Below are positions 9,348 to 18,462 of a DNA stretch of 57,077 nucleotides, piece after piece (position 1 is the stretch's first letter; each line of letters opens with the position of its first letter). The stretch comes from an uncultured Candidatus Saccharibacteria bacterium. GTDB taxonomy: Bacteria > Patescibacteriota > Minisyncoccia > UBA6257 > 2-01-FULL-56-20. The notes below the pieces were generated by a model, which made no database searches, had not been told where the DNA came from, and was given only the letters and a program-made list of their open reading frames with translations. Made by a program: the position numbers and the translations under genes. Location of the stretch: assembly GCA_964360585.1 (NCBI GenBank), contig CAYHXC010000009.1:1-57077 (forward strand), given 5' to 3'.

Positions 9348-10145
9348 CTATTCAGGGAAAATCACGTTTGCGAGGGTAATAATCTCTGAGACTGAGAGAT
9401 CTTGGGGACGATTTTGAGGATCGATTCCGGCTTTTTCGAGCAAGACCAGTCCTTTTTCCTTGGAAAGCTCTTCGCTCACATTATTCAAAACTGTTTTTCG
9501 TGGCTGAGAAAAGAGCAGGCGGACGGTTTTGTAGTATTTTTCTTCGGAAATAGGAGAGGTTTTTTTCTCGGGGGTTATAGCGATAACTGCCGAGTGGACT
9601 TTTGGCGGCGGCGAGAAGGCTCCGGGGGGTACGATCAGGATCATTTCTGGTTTTCCCCAGAATTGGACGCTGGCGGCCAACCGGTTCATCTCCCCTTTCG
9701 TCGCGAGGAGACGATCCGCCACTTCTTTCTGGATAAGGAGAATAATTATTTCCGGTTTCTTCGGGAGTGCTCCCAGTGTGCGCAGTAAAAATCCGGTGAT
9801 GTAGTAAGGAATGTTCCCAATGACTGCATACTTTCCTTTCGTGTTTTCTGCTACTTCGGGCAACGTCTCGAGTGCGTTTCCTTCAATAATATAAATATTC
9901 TTTTCTTCGACAAACTTCTGTCGAAGTTCTTCGGCAAGTTTTTTATCTCTCTCGATCGCAATAATTTTAAGTTGTGAGCTACTGGTTTTTAGTTGTGGGT
10001 TATAAGTTATAAGTCTCTTCGTTAACTCACCATGGCCTGGTCCGATCTCAATCAGTGTTTCAAAATTACCAGCCTGAACAAGCTCAGTGATTCGCTCCAA
10101 AACTTTTTCATCTTTCAAAAAATGTTGTCCAAGTTTCTGTCGCAT
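9348..10145 (-). CDS. rsmA: 16S rRNA (adenine1518/1519-N6)-dimethyltransferase RsmA/KsgA
   Basis: MRQKLGQHFLKDEKVL...EIGPGHGELT...IGNIPYYIT, the classic KsgA motifs. I placed the start at the internal ATG (10145) rather than at the ORF-track start. Confidence 0.9.
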   Translation of the reverse strand: MRQKLGQHFLKDEKVLERITELVQAGNFETLIEIGPGHGELTKRLITYNPQLKTSSSQLKIIAIERDKKLAEELRQKFVEEKNIYIIEGNALETLPEVAENTKGKYAVIGNIPYYITGFLLRTLGALPKKPEIIILLIQKEVADRLLATKGEMNRLAASVQFWGKPEMILIVPPGAFSPPPKVHSAVIAITPEKKTSPISEEKYYKTVRLLFSQPRKTVLNNVSEELSKEKGLVLLEKAGIDPQNRPQDLSVSEIITLANVIFPE

Positions 10146-10320
10146 ACAAGTAAGTTCAAAATACGAAGCACGAAATCCGAAACAATACAAAATAATTAAA
10201 ATTCCAATGGCCAAAACGTTTAGTATTTTTGAATTTGAACATTTGTATTTGTTTCGAATTTAGATATTAGAATTTCGGGTTTGCCATTGATTAGGTCAAT
10301 TAAAAATTAGATATTAGAAA

Positions 10321-12171
10321 TTAATCAATGGAAATGTATCTCTCTTCATCATCAAACGATCGCATTGATCCACTCGGATTTTCAAAAGCAAGAAATTCTT
10401 GCGGCAGTTCAGATAAAAACCGCGATGGCAAATCATAGAAACTCAACGACAGTTTTTTTCGTGCGCGCGTCATGGCCACGTATAAAAGTCGCCGCTCCTC
10501 TTCCATTTCCGCCAACGTTCCATATGAACGTGAATGGGGCAGAAGGGCTTCGTTCACGCCAATCACGAACACTTCGTCGAACTCCAATCCTTTGGCTAAG
10601 TGAATGCTCGAGAGCGTGACCGGCGGAATTTTTGTTGTTGTTTCTCCTTTCACAGAATCAGTCGCTTGGAGCAAACTGGCCTGTTCCAAAAACTCCTCAA
10701 GTGTTTCAAAACCGTCTGCAAAACGGATCAGTTCCATAATGTTTTCCTCGCGTTCAGCCACATTTACATAGCCTTTTTGGAGCAGTTCGCTATACCGCAC
10801 CACGCTTAAAAAGTGAGTAATGGCCTCACTTGGACGCAGATTGACGATCGAGGGAATAGCCGCTTCAAAAAGACGGAAACGTGTTTTGGTCAAGTTTTTT
10901 TCGAGGCGTGTTCGGCTGATTTCGTCCAGTGGATTTGAAAGATAGCGCATGGCCGCAACCACATCACGAATTTCTAAACGGTCATAGAATCTCAGTCCGC
11001 CGAAAACGCGATACGGAAGCGCGCGGGCCAATAATACTTGTTCGATGGCTCGCGATTGGGCATTGGTGCGATATAAAATAGCAAAGGTTCGTGGCGGATT
11101 TCCTTCGGTCTCGTCAGAAATAATCTGGGTCTGAATTTTTTCTCCCACCCACTCGGCCTCATCCTCCTCATCCCCCGCTTCGTACAGTTGCACCAAAGGA
11201 CCCGGTTCATTTACTGGCCGCAACGTTCCCTTCGCTGCTTCAAGACGAATCGTATTTTTTGCAATCAATTCAGAGGCTACGCCCAAAATATTTCCCGAAG
11301 AACGGTAGTTATCTTCCAAAACAACAATTAAACTTTCCGGCCAGTCTTTGGGAAAATCCAAAAAAATATGTATGTTCGAACCGCGGAAACTGTAGATTGT
11401 TTGATTCTGATCGCCGACGACGCTCAAGTTTTTAGATTCGCCGGCCAAAAGTTTAATGAGGTCGTACTGAATGTTATTAATGTCCTGGTACTCATCAACC
11501 ATGAGATGGGTAAAACGGCGGCGATATTTCTCTAACACCGCCGGCTGTTCTTTGAAAAGCCGCACCACTTTCTCAAGCAAGTCATCAAAGTCAAAAGCAT
11601 TTTGACTCATGAGCGAGGCTTCGTATTCTTCGTAAGCTTGGAATAACAGCTTCTTATCGGTTCGGGGACTTTCGGAAAAATCTTCCGCTCGGGCCATGCC
11701 GTTTTTGATGCCGGCAATTACTTCGCCAATTTCGCCCGGCATCAGTTTCGGTTTTTCGTTGGCGTATCGCTTGGCAATTTTTTTGATGATGCTCCAGCTG
11801 TCGCTATCGTCAAAGATGGAAAAATTCTTCTTTCGTCCAAAAGCGGGGGTTTCGTAGCGAAGAATCTTGGCGCCGAGCGAGTGGAAGGTTCCAATATAGC
11901 CGCGCGGGAAAGTTCCAAGAATTCTCATCCTGTTTTCGTACTCACTATCCACTATTCCCTTTACCCTATCCACTATTCGCCCAGCCATCTCCTTGGCCGC
12001 TTTGTTCGTAAAAGTAATGGCACAAATCCGCTCTGGCGAAACGCCAGTTTGCAAGAGATGAAGGTATCGGTGCGTCAGGGTATGGGTTTTTCCAGTTCCA
12101 GCGCCAGCCACGATCAAAAGAGGCTTCGATGGCGCTTCAGCCGCCCGTTTTTGATTAGGATTCAAAGACAT
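10321..12171 (-). CDS. UvrD/PcrA/Rep-family superfamily-1 DNA helicase (short form, 616 aa)
   Basis: Walker A AGAGTGKTHTL, then ITFTNKAAKEM, MVDEYQDIN, and the C-terminal VAMTRARKKL motif. Confidence 0.9.
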   Translation of the reverse strand: MSLNPNQKRAAEAPSKPLLIVAGAGTGKTHTLTHRYLHLLQTGVSPERICAITFTNKAAKEMAGRIVDRVKGIVDSEYENRMRILGTFPRGYIGTFHSLGAKILRYETPAFGRKKNFSIFDDSDSWSIIKKIAKRYANEKPKLMPGEIGEVIAGIKNGMARAEDFSESPRTDKKLLFQAYEEYEASLMSQNAFDFDDLLEKVVRLFKEQPAVLEKYRRRFTHLMVDEYQDINNIQYDLIKLLAGESKNLSVVGDQNQTIYSFRGSNIHIFLDFPKDWPESLIVVLEDNYRSSGNILGVASELIAKNTIRLEAAKGTLRPVNEPGPLVQLYEAGDEEDEAEWVGEKIQTQIISDETEGNPPRTFAILYRTNAQSRAIEQVLLARALPYRVFGGLRFYDRLEIRDVVAAMRYLSNPLDEISRTRLEKNLTKTRFRLFEAAIPSIVNLRPSEAITHFLSVVRYSELLQKGYVNVAEREENIMELIRFADGFETLEEFLEQASLLQATDSVKGETTTKIPPVTLSSIHLAKGLEFDEVFVIGVNEALLPHSRSYGTLAEMEEERRLLYVAMTRARKKLSLSFYDLPSRFLSELPQEFLAFENPSGSMRSFDDEERYISID

Positions 12172-12250
12172 GTGTTTAGAGCATATGGGAGACTTCTATT
12201 CATTGCAATTGTGGAGTGGTTATATACTATTAAGACAGCAAGGAGGTTTC

Positions 12251-12670
12251 ATGTTGAGACTAAAGGAGCTTAAAAAAGTTCTCAGACTTCAGCGAGTAAT
12301 CGGTAGTAATGATGGAGCGTGCTTTGGCACATCCGATCCAAGCCGACTCCGCCCTTCTTCGCCAGAACCTCGACAAAAACAGCAACCGGAGTCCTGTCCT
12401 CATCCGAAAGCACCCACTTGGTTTACGATCGTGGTGCTGGGCAGAGAGGATACCTACACCTCAGCCAGCTTTTGCCCTTCTTGTCTTGAGGCACACCTCA
12501 ATCGATTCAGCACTCCATGTGGACTATGCGGTGAGCCCATTACTCCGGGACAACGCGTTGAGGGAACGAGTAAGGGATACGCCCATAGCTTTTGCGGTAA
12601 AAGTGCTGGAGGGTATCTGGGGGTATGGACTGAAAAAGGTCTCGATACTTCCGCGCTCGATCGTTACTGA
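12251..12670 (+). CDS. Hypothetical Cys-containing small protein (139 aa)
   Basis: A strong SD (AAGGAGG) sits 4 nt before the ATG at 12251. CPSC...CGLCGEP...HSFCG suggests a zinc-binding fold. Confidence 0.55.
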   Translation: MLRLKELKKVLRLQRVIGSNDGACFGTSDPSRLRPSSPEPRQKQQPESCPHPKAPTWFTIVVLGREDTYTSASFCPSCLEAHLNRFSTPCGLCGEPITPGQRVEGTSKGYAHSFCGKSAGGYLGVWTEKGLDTSALDRY

Positions 12671-12710
12671 CAGCCAACTACTACGTCGCTCTCTCATCAT
12701 GAGCGACTTT

Positions 12711-13886
12711 TTAATTCAAATAGCTTTGGATATCTTTCAGAATCACATCGCTCGCCACGGAGTAAGAAATCGTGCGGTTGTTGGAATCCTCGGCCATAAT
12801 GAGACCGATCACATAGCCGCGCCAGAAAACGGGAGAACCGGATCGGCCGGAGGAAATCTCCATTTTTGTTTTAAGGTAAAGCGGCGTGGCGGCGTAATAC
12901 TGATCGCCATAAAAGACATTACTCAACGTACCAACACTGCCAGTTAAATAAAATGTTTCGAATGAACTCCCCTGTCCGCGCGAGACATCGCCCGGGAAAC
13001 CATAGGTGATTACTTGGTTATTCGTAATCTGATAATTTTTTGTGGGAAGCAGTTTCACCGTCGGGAAGGTTGCAGGTAATGAGGAGACGCCAAACGTTGG
13101 TCCCTCGGGAGTGAGTCCGGTTATACGGAGAACGGCGAAGTCGGCAAAGGTCACTTCGTTTGCTGATAGGCCAGGGCGATTATGAATGTAGGTTGGTTGG
13201 AGTACATAGGCTAAAACAGGAACTTGGGTTAAAGGATTAAATGTTTGAATCTGACTTTTTGTTGGCAACACGCTTCCTTTGGGAACATTTCCACCGCGAC
13301 AACTTTCTAATTTATAGTGGATCGTGACCGGATATGTTTTTCCGCCAATCGGCACGTTTTGGATCTCATCGGGCCAGGAAACAAGATGACGGTTGGTCAA
13401 AACATAACCGCGCGGATTGATAATCACGCCCGATCCTTTTCTCTCGGTGTCGCCTTGATAGACGCTACCAGTCGTCGGGTCGGTGAAGCTGTAGTTAAAG
13501 GAGCATAAAATTCCCATAATGCTTTGAGCATCAACGAACTGCTCGGGCGGAATCGTCGGCAGTGTTGTCGTCGGAATTGAAATTATATTTAACGATGAGG
13601 TGGCCACGACCGGCTGAATGGGCGGCGTGATGATTGCGACGGGCGGTTTGATGGTAGGTTGCGGAGTAACGACCCGTAGCGAAGTCGTTGTTTTCGCTGT
13701 CGTTGTTACTTGTCCCCCGCCAATTATGACAGGTACTGCTTGTGGCTGAACGGCAATCGGATTTTGTGTCTCGGGCGCGAGCGAGTCGGTTTTTGGAAGA
13801 TAACGAGTGATCAAACCAGGACGGATCAGGATCGTCACGAAAAGAATAGTCCAAAGAGAAAGGAGGAGAAAAAACTTCTGTTTCAT
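12711..13886 (-). CDS. Membrane-anchored trypsin-like (S1/HtrA-type) serine protease
   Basis: GSGVIINPRGYVLTNRHLV (His region) and SSGRSGSPVF (Ser region). N-terminal TM segment MKQKFFLLLSLWTILFVTILI. Start placed at the ATG at 13886. Confidence 0.8.
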   Translation of the reverse strand: MKQKFFLLLSLWTILFVTILIRPGLITRYLPKTDSLAPETQNPIAVQPQAVPVIIGGGQVTTTAKTTTSLRVVTPQPTIKPPVAIITPPIQPVVATSSLNIISIPTTTLPTIPPEQFVDAQSIMGILCSFNYSFTDPTTGSVYQGDTERKGSGVIINPRGYVLTNRHLVSWPDEIQNVPIGGKTYPVTIHYKLESCRGGNVPKGSVLPTKSQIQTFNPLTQVPVLAYVLQPTYIHNRPGLSANEVTFADFAVLRITGLTPEGPTFGVSSLPATFPTVKLLPTKNYQITNNQVITYGFPGDVSRGQGSSFETFYLTGSVGTLSNVFYGDQYYAATPLYLKTKMEISSGRSGSPVFWRGYVIGLIMAEDSNNRTISYSVASDVILKDIQSYLN

Positions 13887-13890
13887 AGTT

Positions 13891-14338
13891 AGAGCATATC
13901 TCAAAATCCTCTTTCATTACACACCAGAACCCATCTCAAAAATATATCCGGCCGCGATAGAGGAGAATTTTCTGGAAGACTAGGAATGACAACGAAGCTG
14001 TGCCTTAAGGCACAGCGAGGAGGAAATGACACCGTCTTCCAGAAAATTCTCCCTATCCGTTCGGTTCCAAGAGTTTTGTCCGTCACCTTTGTTACTCCTC
14101 GGAGCCTAGGCTCTGGCCTATGTCTCCTCGCCTGCCGGCAGGCAGGTCGTGTCGTGGTGAGCGGACAAAACTCAAAGGAACGCGGCGGAGCTATTTTTGA
14201 GATGGGTTCTAGCGAGAGATTCGAGCGAGAACTGATTTCTCTGACAAAGGAATAGTTGATCTATTTCAAGGAAGAGAAATCAGTTCGCAGCCGAAGATAT
14301 TGCTTTTGTGTAGAATACGGGGTTTTGAGATATGCTCT
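13891..14338. mobile_element. Outer MITE-like element with 19-bp terminal inverted repeats; it encloses another MITE
   Basis: agagcatatctcaaaatcc (13891-13909) matches gggttttgagatatgctct (14320-14338) at 18 of 19 positions as an inverted repeat. An internal hairpin gaactgatttctct/agagaaatcagttc lies at about 14231-14285. Confidence 0.6.
13926..14210. mobile_element. MITE-like structured element, family A copy 1
   Basis: Perfect terminal inverted repeats agaacccatctcaaaaata / tatttttgagatgggttct. Two long internal hairpins. A second copy lies at 28703-28970. Confidence 0.7.
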
Positions 14339-14431
14339 AGCTACTACGTTTTTCGGCCCAAGAAAAATTCACGCCGGCAATGATCCCCCGTCGCGCTTCA
14401 TACCTCAACTATTTTATCCAATCTAATCTAT

Positions 14432-14459
14432 ATTCTCTTATTCGCGCGAATAAGAGAAT
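14432..14459. terminator. 28-nt perfect palindrome downstream of the Cys-rich gene; possible bidirectional terminator
   Basis: attctcttattcgc|gcgaataagagaat is perfectly self-complementary. There is no clean U-tract. Confidence 0.35.
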
Positions 14460-14501
14460 AGTAAGTCAAAGGTGTGAAATAAAATATGAAATTGTTTAAA
14501 A

Positions 14502-16268
14502 TTAGGCCACTTCACTTTGATAGCAAGTCTCGCAGTAGACAATTTCTGGACGATCAGGCGCGTAGGAGGTTTGGAAAGTGTTCGGACATTTCTCTTTTCC
14601 GTGAGAATGCGCCGATTGATTTTTATATGATTCGTTTTCGGACTGAGCGCCGACACACTGACACGGGCGGGGGTAAAGACGAGGAGGGTTTACCCGGGCC
14701 CATCGTTCTTGATACCGACAGTTCGGACAGTGTTGTGGTAAAGGAAATTGAAAACGACGTAGAAGATCTAATTCGGCAGAGACAATACGAAATGCTTTTC
14801 GGCATCCTACGCACTCGATCACTTCTTGAATAATAGAATCTTGTATTTCGGCAATAGTATCGGGGAGGTCTTTTCCCTTGATCGTAATCGTGTAATTTTT
14901 TGGTTGAGCTTCGTACCACGAGAGACCCATCTCTTCCGCTTCTTTGCGAGACAGCGGGAAGTAGCCCGCGGCATATGTTTCGTTATAGCCAAATAAAGAA
15001 AGGCTTGGCGGAAAATACTCTCCATAAGGATATGCACGTCCCAACGAATCAGCGTAAGGCTTTTCGTTCATGTCGCTTATTATCCTTTGTCGCAATGTTT
15101 CGTATTCCTCTTTTGAATATTGCTTATTCAGGATGCAGTACTGTTTGTTTCGTATGTTGGCACAGCCGAACATATACGACGAGGAAAGTGTGGCCATAGA
15201 GTATTCAATATCGTGAACATTCGGCCAAGTTTGAAATGAAAATTTTATATTGTCAGCTCCTTCTCCGGCGGTCATTGTTTCATAAATTCTCTGGGCTCCA
15301 TTTCCCCACAAGGTGTAATCGTAAGAATCTTTTACTCCCGGCATAGTCATAATCTGACAGTATCGTGAGTCTTCTGTTCCTTCGCTCACCAAGTACATAT
15401 CTTTCGCATTCTTCGCGCCATAGACATAGTCCCCTGTTGTGTTCGCGTTACGCAGTGAGTGACTGAATTTATGTGGGTAAGATAACCAAAAAGTTCGCGC
15501 CTTCTGCTTTAATCGCATGATACTTTCTCGTGACCCAAGATTAAACTCTTTTATTTTTCTCTCGTACTCATCTTTTGAGTACGGCTGGTTAAAAATATGA
15601 TACTGCTTGCTCCGCAGACCAATGCAACCAAAGCAGTTGGAACAGCCGATGCAATCTTTGGAAAATGAAACATCGTGGCAACTGTCGCAATCTTCCGAGT
15701 AGAATAGCCGGTACGAGTTGCCACAATTAATAACTTCGTAACATAACTCCGCTTTTTCAAAAATAGTCGTATCCATCGAGTCTTTAATGTGGAGCAGGAC
15801 TTCGGAGTACAGTACGTTTTCACACTCATCAGCAAGAAAGATTAAGTAGCAATTTTTCGCGGTAGCCGCATGATTAATATATTCAGAATTGACGAGCGTG
15901 GGGTAGTTGGCTTCCAATGCCATCTGAGGAGTTGCTTCGTTTAACTCTTTGAGTTGTTCAAAAAACGGTTTTGTCGGATCGTACTCCCGCGCATACTCAC
16001 CTCCGTCCAACTTGTCGCTCCACCAACATGGATCACAGTAAACCGTCAGCTTACTGTCGGCCGGATACATAGCAATAATGCTTTTCTTGCAGAGATCACA
16101 AGTTCTTCTATAAAGCTCACGATTATTCATAAACAGTAGTCGCCGCTGAAAGCGGCACATCGGACACCAGGTCGGTGGCGGCACAGCCATCTTTTTGTAG
16201 AAATCAAAATCTCGCGGTTCGATCGTGAACTGCTGCTTGCAGTTCTGACATTGTTTTTCTTCGCTCAT
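14502..16268 (-). CDS. 588-aa Cys-rich protein with terminal zinc-ribbon-like CxxC pairs
   Basis: N-terminus CQNCKQQF...WCPMCRFQRR. Central segment DCDSCHDVSFSKDCIGCSNCFGCIGLR. C-terminus CVGCRKAF...HCPNCRYQ...CETCYQ. Function unknown. Confidence 0.8.
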   Translation of the reverse strand: MSEEKQCQNCKQQFTIEPRDFDFYKKMAVPPPTWCPMCRFQRRLLFMNNRELYRRTCDLCKKSIIAMYPADSKLTVYCDPCWWSDKLDGGEYAREYDPTKPFFEQLKELNEATPQMALEANYPTLVNSEYINHAATAKNCYLIFLADECENVLYSEVLLHIKDSMDTTIFEKAELCYEVINCGNSYRLFYSEDCDSCHDVSFSKDCIGCSNCFGCIGLRSKQYHIFNQPYSKDEYERKIKEFNLGSRESIMRLKQKARTFWLSYPHKFSHSLRNANTTGDYVYGAKNAKDMYLVSEGTEDSRYCQIMTMPGVKDSYDYTLWGNGAQRIYETMTAGEGADNIKFSFQTWPNVHDIEYSMATLSSSYMFGCANIRNKQYCILNKQYSKEEYETLRQRIISDMNEKPYADSLGRAYPYGEYFPPSLSLFGYNETYAAGYFPLSRKEAEEMGLSWYEAQPKNYTITIKGKDLPDTIAEIQDSIIQEVIECVGCRKAFRIVSAELDLLRRFQFPLPQHCPNCRYQERWARVNPPRLYPRPCQCVGAQSENESYKNQSAHSHGKEKCPNTFQTSYAPDRPEIVYCETCYQSEVA

Positions 16269-16278
16269 ATTTTTACTT

Positions 16279-16330
16279 GTCCGTCCGTAGCTTTCTTGTC
16301 CGTCGAAGCTTTAGCGAAGTCGGAAGCGAA
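16279..16330. repeat. Short GC-rich repeat (ccgtccgtagcttt / agctttagcgaag family)
   Basis: It shares ccgtccgtagcttt and agctttagcgaag(g/t)cgg with 32568-32594. Confidence 0.5.
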
Positions 16331-16436
16331 GGAGGACAGTTCTGACAGGCTTGCACTGCCTGCCCAGCCAGGGAGCTTGCCGAAGTGGATTTGGTCTCAG
16401 AATTCATTACCCATATTCTACCCCACTCTTCTTCAT

Positions 16437-16471
16437 AATAAAAAACCGCGCATCTCGCTTGAGATGAGCGG
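16437..16471 (-). terminator. Rho-independent terminator of the small ORF at 16472-16807
   Basis: The minus strand reads CCGCTCATCTC-AAGC-GAGATGCGCGG followed by TTTTTTATTAT, immediately after the stop codon. Confidence 0.6.
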
Positions 16472-16807
16472 TTAATAGTAGATGTAATTGTCTTCGTAAT
16501 CTGGCGGATAGTAATAATCCGACCAGTCAGAATCGCTTTCGAGATAGACGCCCAACTCGAAAAAATCGAAACCAACAGATTCCTGAAGCTCAATCAGAGA
16601 TCTCTTTTCTTGCACGGTGATACGATCCTTCACAGATCCAGGACGTCGCCGTCGATTGCAACAATGCTGGCAACTGCAACGTTTTGGTTGCTCCCTCAGC
16701 TGAATGACTCGACGATGTCCCCAGCTTTGCCAATGCATTTTGGAACGACGCTTCTCTTTTAGACCCGCGATGCGTCGACGAAGTGCCCTCTGAGAATTTT
16801 CCCTCAC
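16472..16807 (-). CDS. Hypothetical basic/acidic small protein (~111 aa)
   Basis: SD GGGAGG lies 5 nt before the GTG at 16807. The sequence has an RRRIAGLKEKRRSK...CSCQHCCNRRRR basic core and an acidic Tyr-rich tail (DSDWSDYYYPPDYEDNYIYY). The start is uncertain; ATG 16738 is an alternative. Confidence 0.45.
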   Translation of the reverse strand: MRENSQRALRRRIAGLKEKRRSKMHWQSWGHRRVIQLREQPKRCSCQHCCNRRRRPGSVKDRITVQEKRSLIELQESVGFDFFELGVYLESDSDWSDYYYPPDYEDNYIYY

Positions 16808-16835
16808 AACGACCTCCCACAAAAAGACTTCTAAT

Positions 16836-16864
16836 TTTTTAACAAGAAATATAAAAACTGTCAA
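16836..16864 (-). promoter_or_regulatory. Candidate sigma70-type promoter for the 16472-16807 ORF
   Basis: The minus strand reads TTGACA, a 17-nt spacer, then TAAAAA, about 30 nt upstream of the SD. Confidence 0.35.
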
Positions 16865-16878
16865 ATTGTACCAAGTTA

Positions 16879-16924
16879 CTCTTCGCGGATGCGACAACTA
16901 AGGGCTTCGGCGATTGATAATGAG
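16879..16924 (-). repeat. Relic copy 2 of the comM 3' end
   Basis: The minus-strand translation SLSIAEALSCRIREE matches the true comM C-terminus HVAEAFSYRIREE*. 34 of 46 nt are identical to relic 1. Confidence 0.65.
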
Positions 16925-16935
16925 AATGTTTTTTT

Positions 16936-17214
16936 CTACTTTGAACTAATAGAAATCTTTACTCGGGCGTCGAGCGCACTGGCAACTTTGTAGAGAAAAG
17001 ACAAACTTGGATTGTATCTCCCCGACTCGAATCGGGAAATAGCTTCCTGCTGAGTTCCTATCTTGCGCGCGAGTTCTCGCTGACTCATATGCTTGGCAAG
17101 CCTGGTTTTTATGAGAAGGGCAATGATCTCAAATTCAGGGCCCAGTTCTTCATATGCTCGTCGCACCCCAGGGTTTTTGAGCAGTTCTTTTTTAAATTGC
17201 GGATAACTTTTCAT
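16936..17214 (-). CDS. XRE-family HTH antitoxin (HigA-like), copy B
   Basis: 92 aa with SQRELARKIGTQQEAISRFESG (HTH). It is 100% identical to the 19288-19566 ORF and lies 24 nt downstream of a Gp49/HigB-like ORF. Confidence 0.8.
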   Translation of the reverse strand: MKSYPQFKKELLKNPGVRRAYEELGPEFEIIALLIKTRLAKHMSQRELARKIGTQQEAISRFESGRYNPSLSFLYKVASALDARVKISISSK

Positions 17215-17238
17215 GATGAATAGAACATAACATATGTG

Positions 17239-17550
17239 TTATCTCCTTTCAAGGAGTCTATATTTCTTCTCAGCCACTTTCATTTCTTTTTGTGGTAAGC
17301 GTTGGGATTTCTTAATAAATCCATGAAGGAGTACCGATGTGTCCCGATGAAAGGCATACAATATTCTAATTTCTTGTTCGCCATGTGTCCTCAGCTCGAA
17401 GAGATGTCGAGTTTCATGCAAACGATTTTTGATTTCATGTGGAAAACGATTGCCTGGAACTACCCATTGGGCGAACACCTCTCTATCGGGTTCCGAAGTT
17501 ATGGCTAAGCGCACCCTTGAAAGGCAGATGTGATCAAAATATAGAATCAA
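17239..17550 (-). CDS. HigB/Gp49-like (RelE/ParE superfamily) toxin paralogue with a divergent N-terminal half
   Basis: The C-terminal LLHGFIKKSQRLPQKEMKVAEKKYRLLERR is identical to the toxin at 19591-19905. The N-terminal 70 aa are diverged and may be decayed. Confidence 0.6.
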   Translation of the reverse strand: MILYFDHICLSRVRLAITSEPDREVFAQWVVPGNRFPHEIKNRLHETRHLFELRTHGEQEIRILYAFHRDTSVLLHGFIKKSQRLPQKEMKVAEKKYRLLERR

Positions 17551-17552
17551 AT

Positions 17553-18287
17553 TTAAGATCTCTCGGCTGACTGCCAGGCCAGTTCGAAGATCGATCGAAA
17601 AGAGCGAGCCACATCTTCACTTTCGATCGTAAGAGCAAATCGCTTCTTGAAAGAAAAGATCGCTACCTTGTGTCCGTAAATAAAGTTGTCAGTCAGAAAC
17701 TTGTACTCTACGGAAGTAAACCGCACCTCGTAGTTAGGCAAGTTTTTCAGTTGATTCAAATAGAAGTGGTTTTTGTCTTGAGCGTAAGCAATTTCACGCA
17801 CCGCCATTGTTCTTTTCTTGAAAGCACTGACAAAAAGTTCGTAAGACTCAGAAAAATCCTGGGGTATATCCTGAAGAGAGAAGAAGGTTAAGAGTTCCCT
17901 AGTTCGGGTGGCGGCAATTTCCTTATAAATACTCATCATTCCTTCCCGCGTATCAAAAAATTGAATGGCTGGTTTGGCGGTTTGCATACGGTAGAACGCG
18001 AGGAGTTCAGGCAATGACTTTTGCAACAACTGGGTTTTTCTTCCGAGTTCTTCTTCTAGCCGCTCTGGGGAAAGCGCGAGAAATAGCTTCTTTTTTTCTC
18101 CAGGCACCAGCGCGGTCAGTCCTTTATTTGCCAGTTCATCAAGAATGAGGTACAGCGTAGGTCGTTTCAGTTGAGTAATTCTGGCGATCTGAAGAACCGA
18201 CGAGGGTCCATTCTGAAGAAGGGCAAGATAAACCTTGGCTTCATTGCCTTCAAGTCCTAACTCTCTTAACACTTGAATTGTCTCCAT
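17553..18287 (-). CDS. TrmB-family transcriptional regulator
   Basis: The N-terminal winged HTH LGLEGNEAKVYLALLQNGPSSVLQIARITQLKRPTLYLILDELANKGL is typical of TrmB. Confidence 0.8.
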   Translation of the reverse strand: METIQVLRELGLEGNEAKVYLALLQNGPSSVLQIARITQLKRPTLYLILDELANKGLTALVPGEKKKLFLALSPERLEEELGRKTQLLQKSLPELLAFYRMQTAKPAIQFFDTREGMMSIYKEIAATRTRELLTFFSLQDIPQDFSESYELFVSAFKKRTMAVREIAYAQDKNHFYLNQLKNLPNYEVRFTSVEYKFLTDNFIYGHKVAIFSFKKRFALTIESEDVARSFRSIFELAWQSAERS

Positions 18288-18462
18288 AGGGGGAATATAG
18301 TATTTCTTCTAAAAGTGTCAAGTTTTATGACAACTTGTAAACTTATTGCAAAAAGCCTTGTTTAATATGGGTTTTTTAAGTACACATAAGTCATGTACTT
18401 TGACTGATGATTGTTTTAACGTACCGTGTACGTAGCTCTATAGAGGACAAGGAGATAAAATA

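Noticed and set aside
12309-12947. 212-aa plus-strand ORF overlapping both the 139-aa gene and the protease gene
   Set aside because: It is out of frame with the SD-led ORF at 12251 and antisense to the protease 3' end. There is no start context.
13531-14255. ORFs 13531-13917(-), 13901-14086(-) and 13986-14255(+) across the MITEs, and likewise 28553-28997
   Set aside because: They run through inverted-repeat elements. The two element copies differ by indels and frame, so no reading frame is conserved between copies.
14486-15199. Plus-strand and out-of-frame minus-strand ORFs inside the 588-aa Cys-rich gene (14486-14833, 14623-14919, 14819-15037, 14900-15199)
   Set aside because: All are nested in or antisense to the long ORF, whose repeated CxxC architecture is coherent across its full length.
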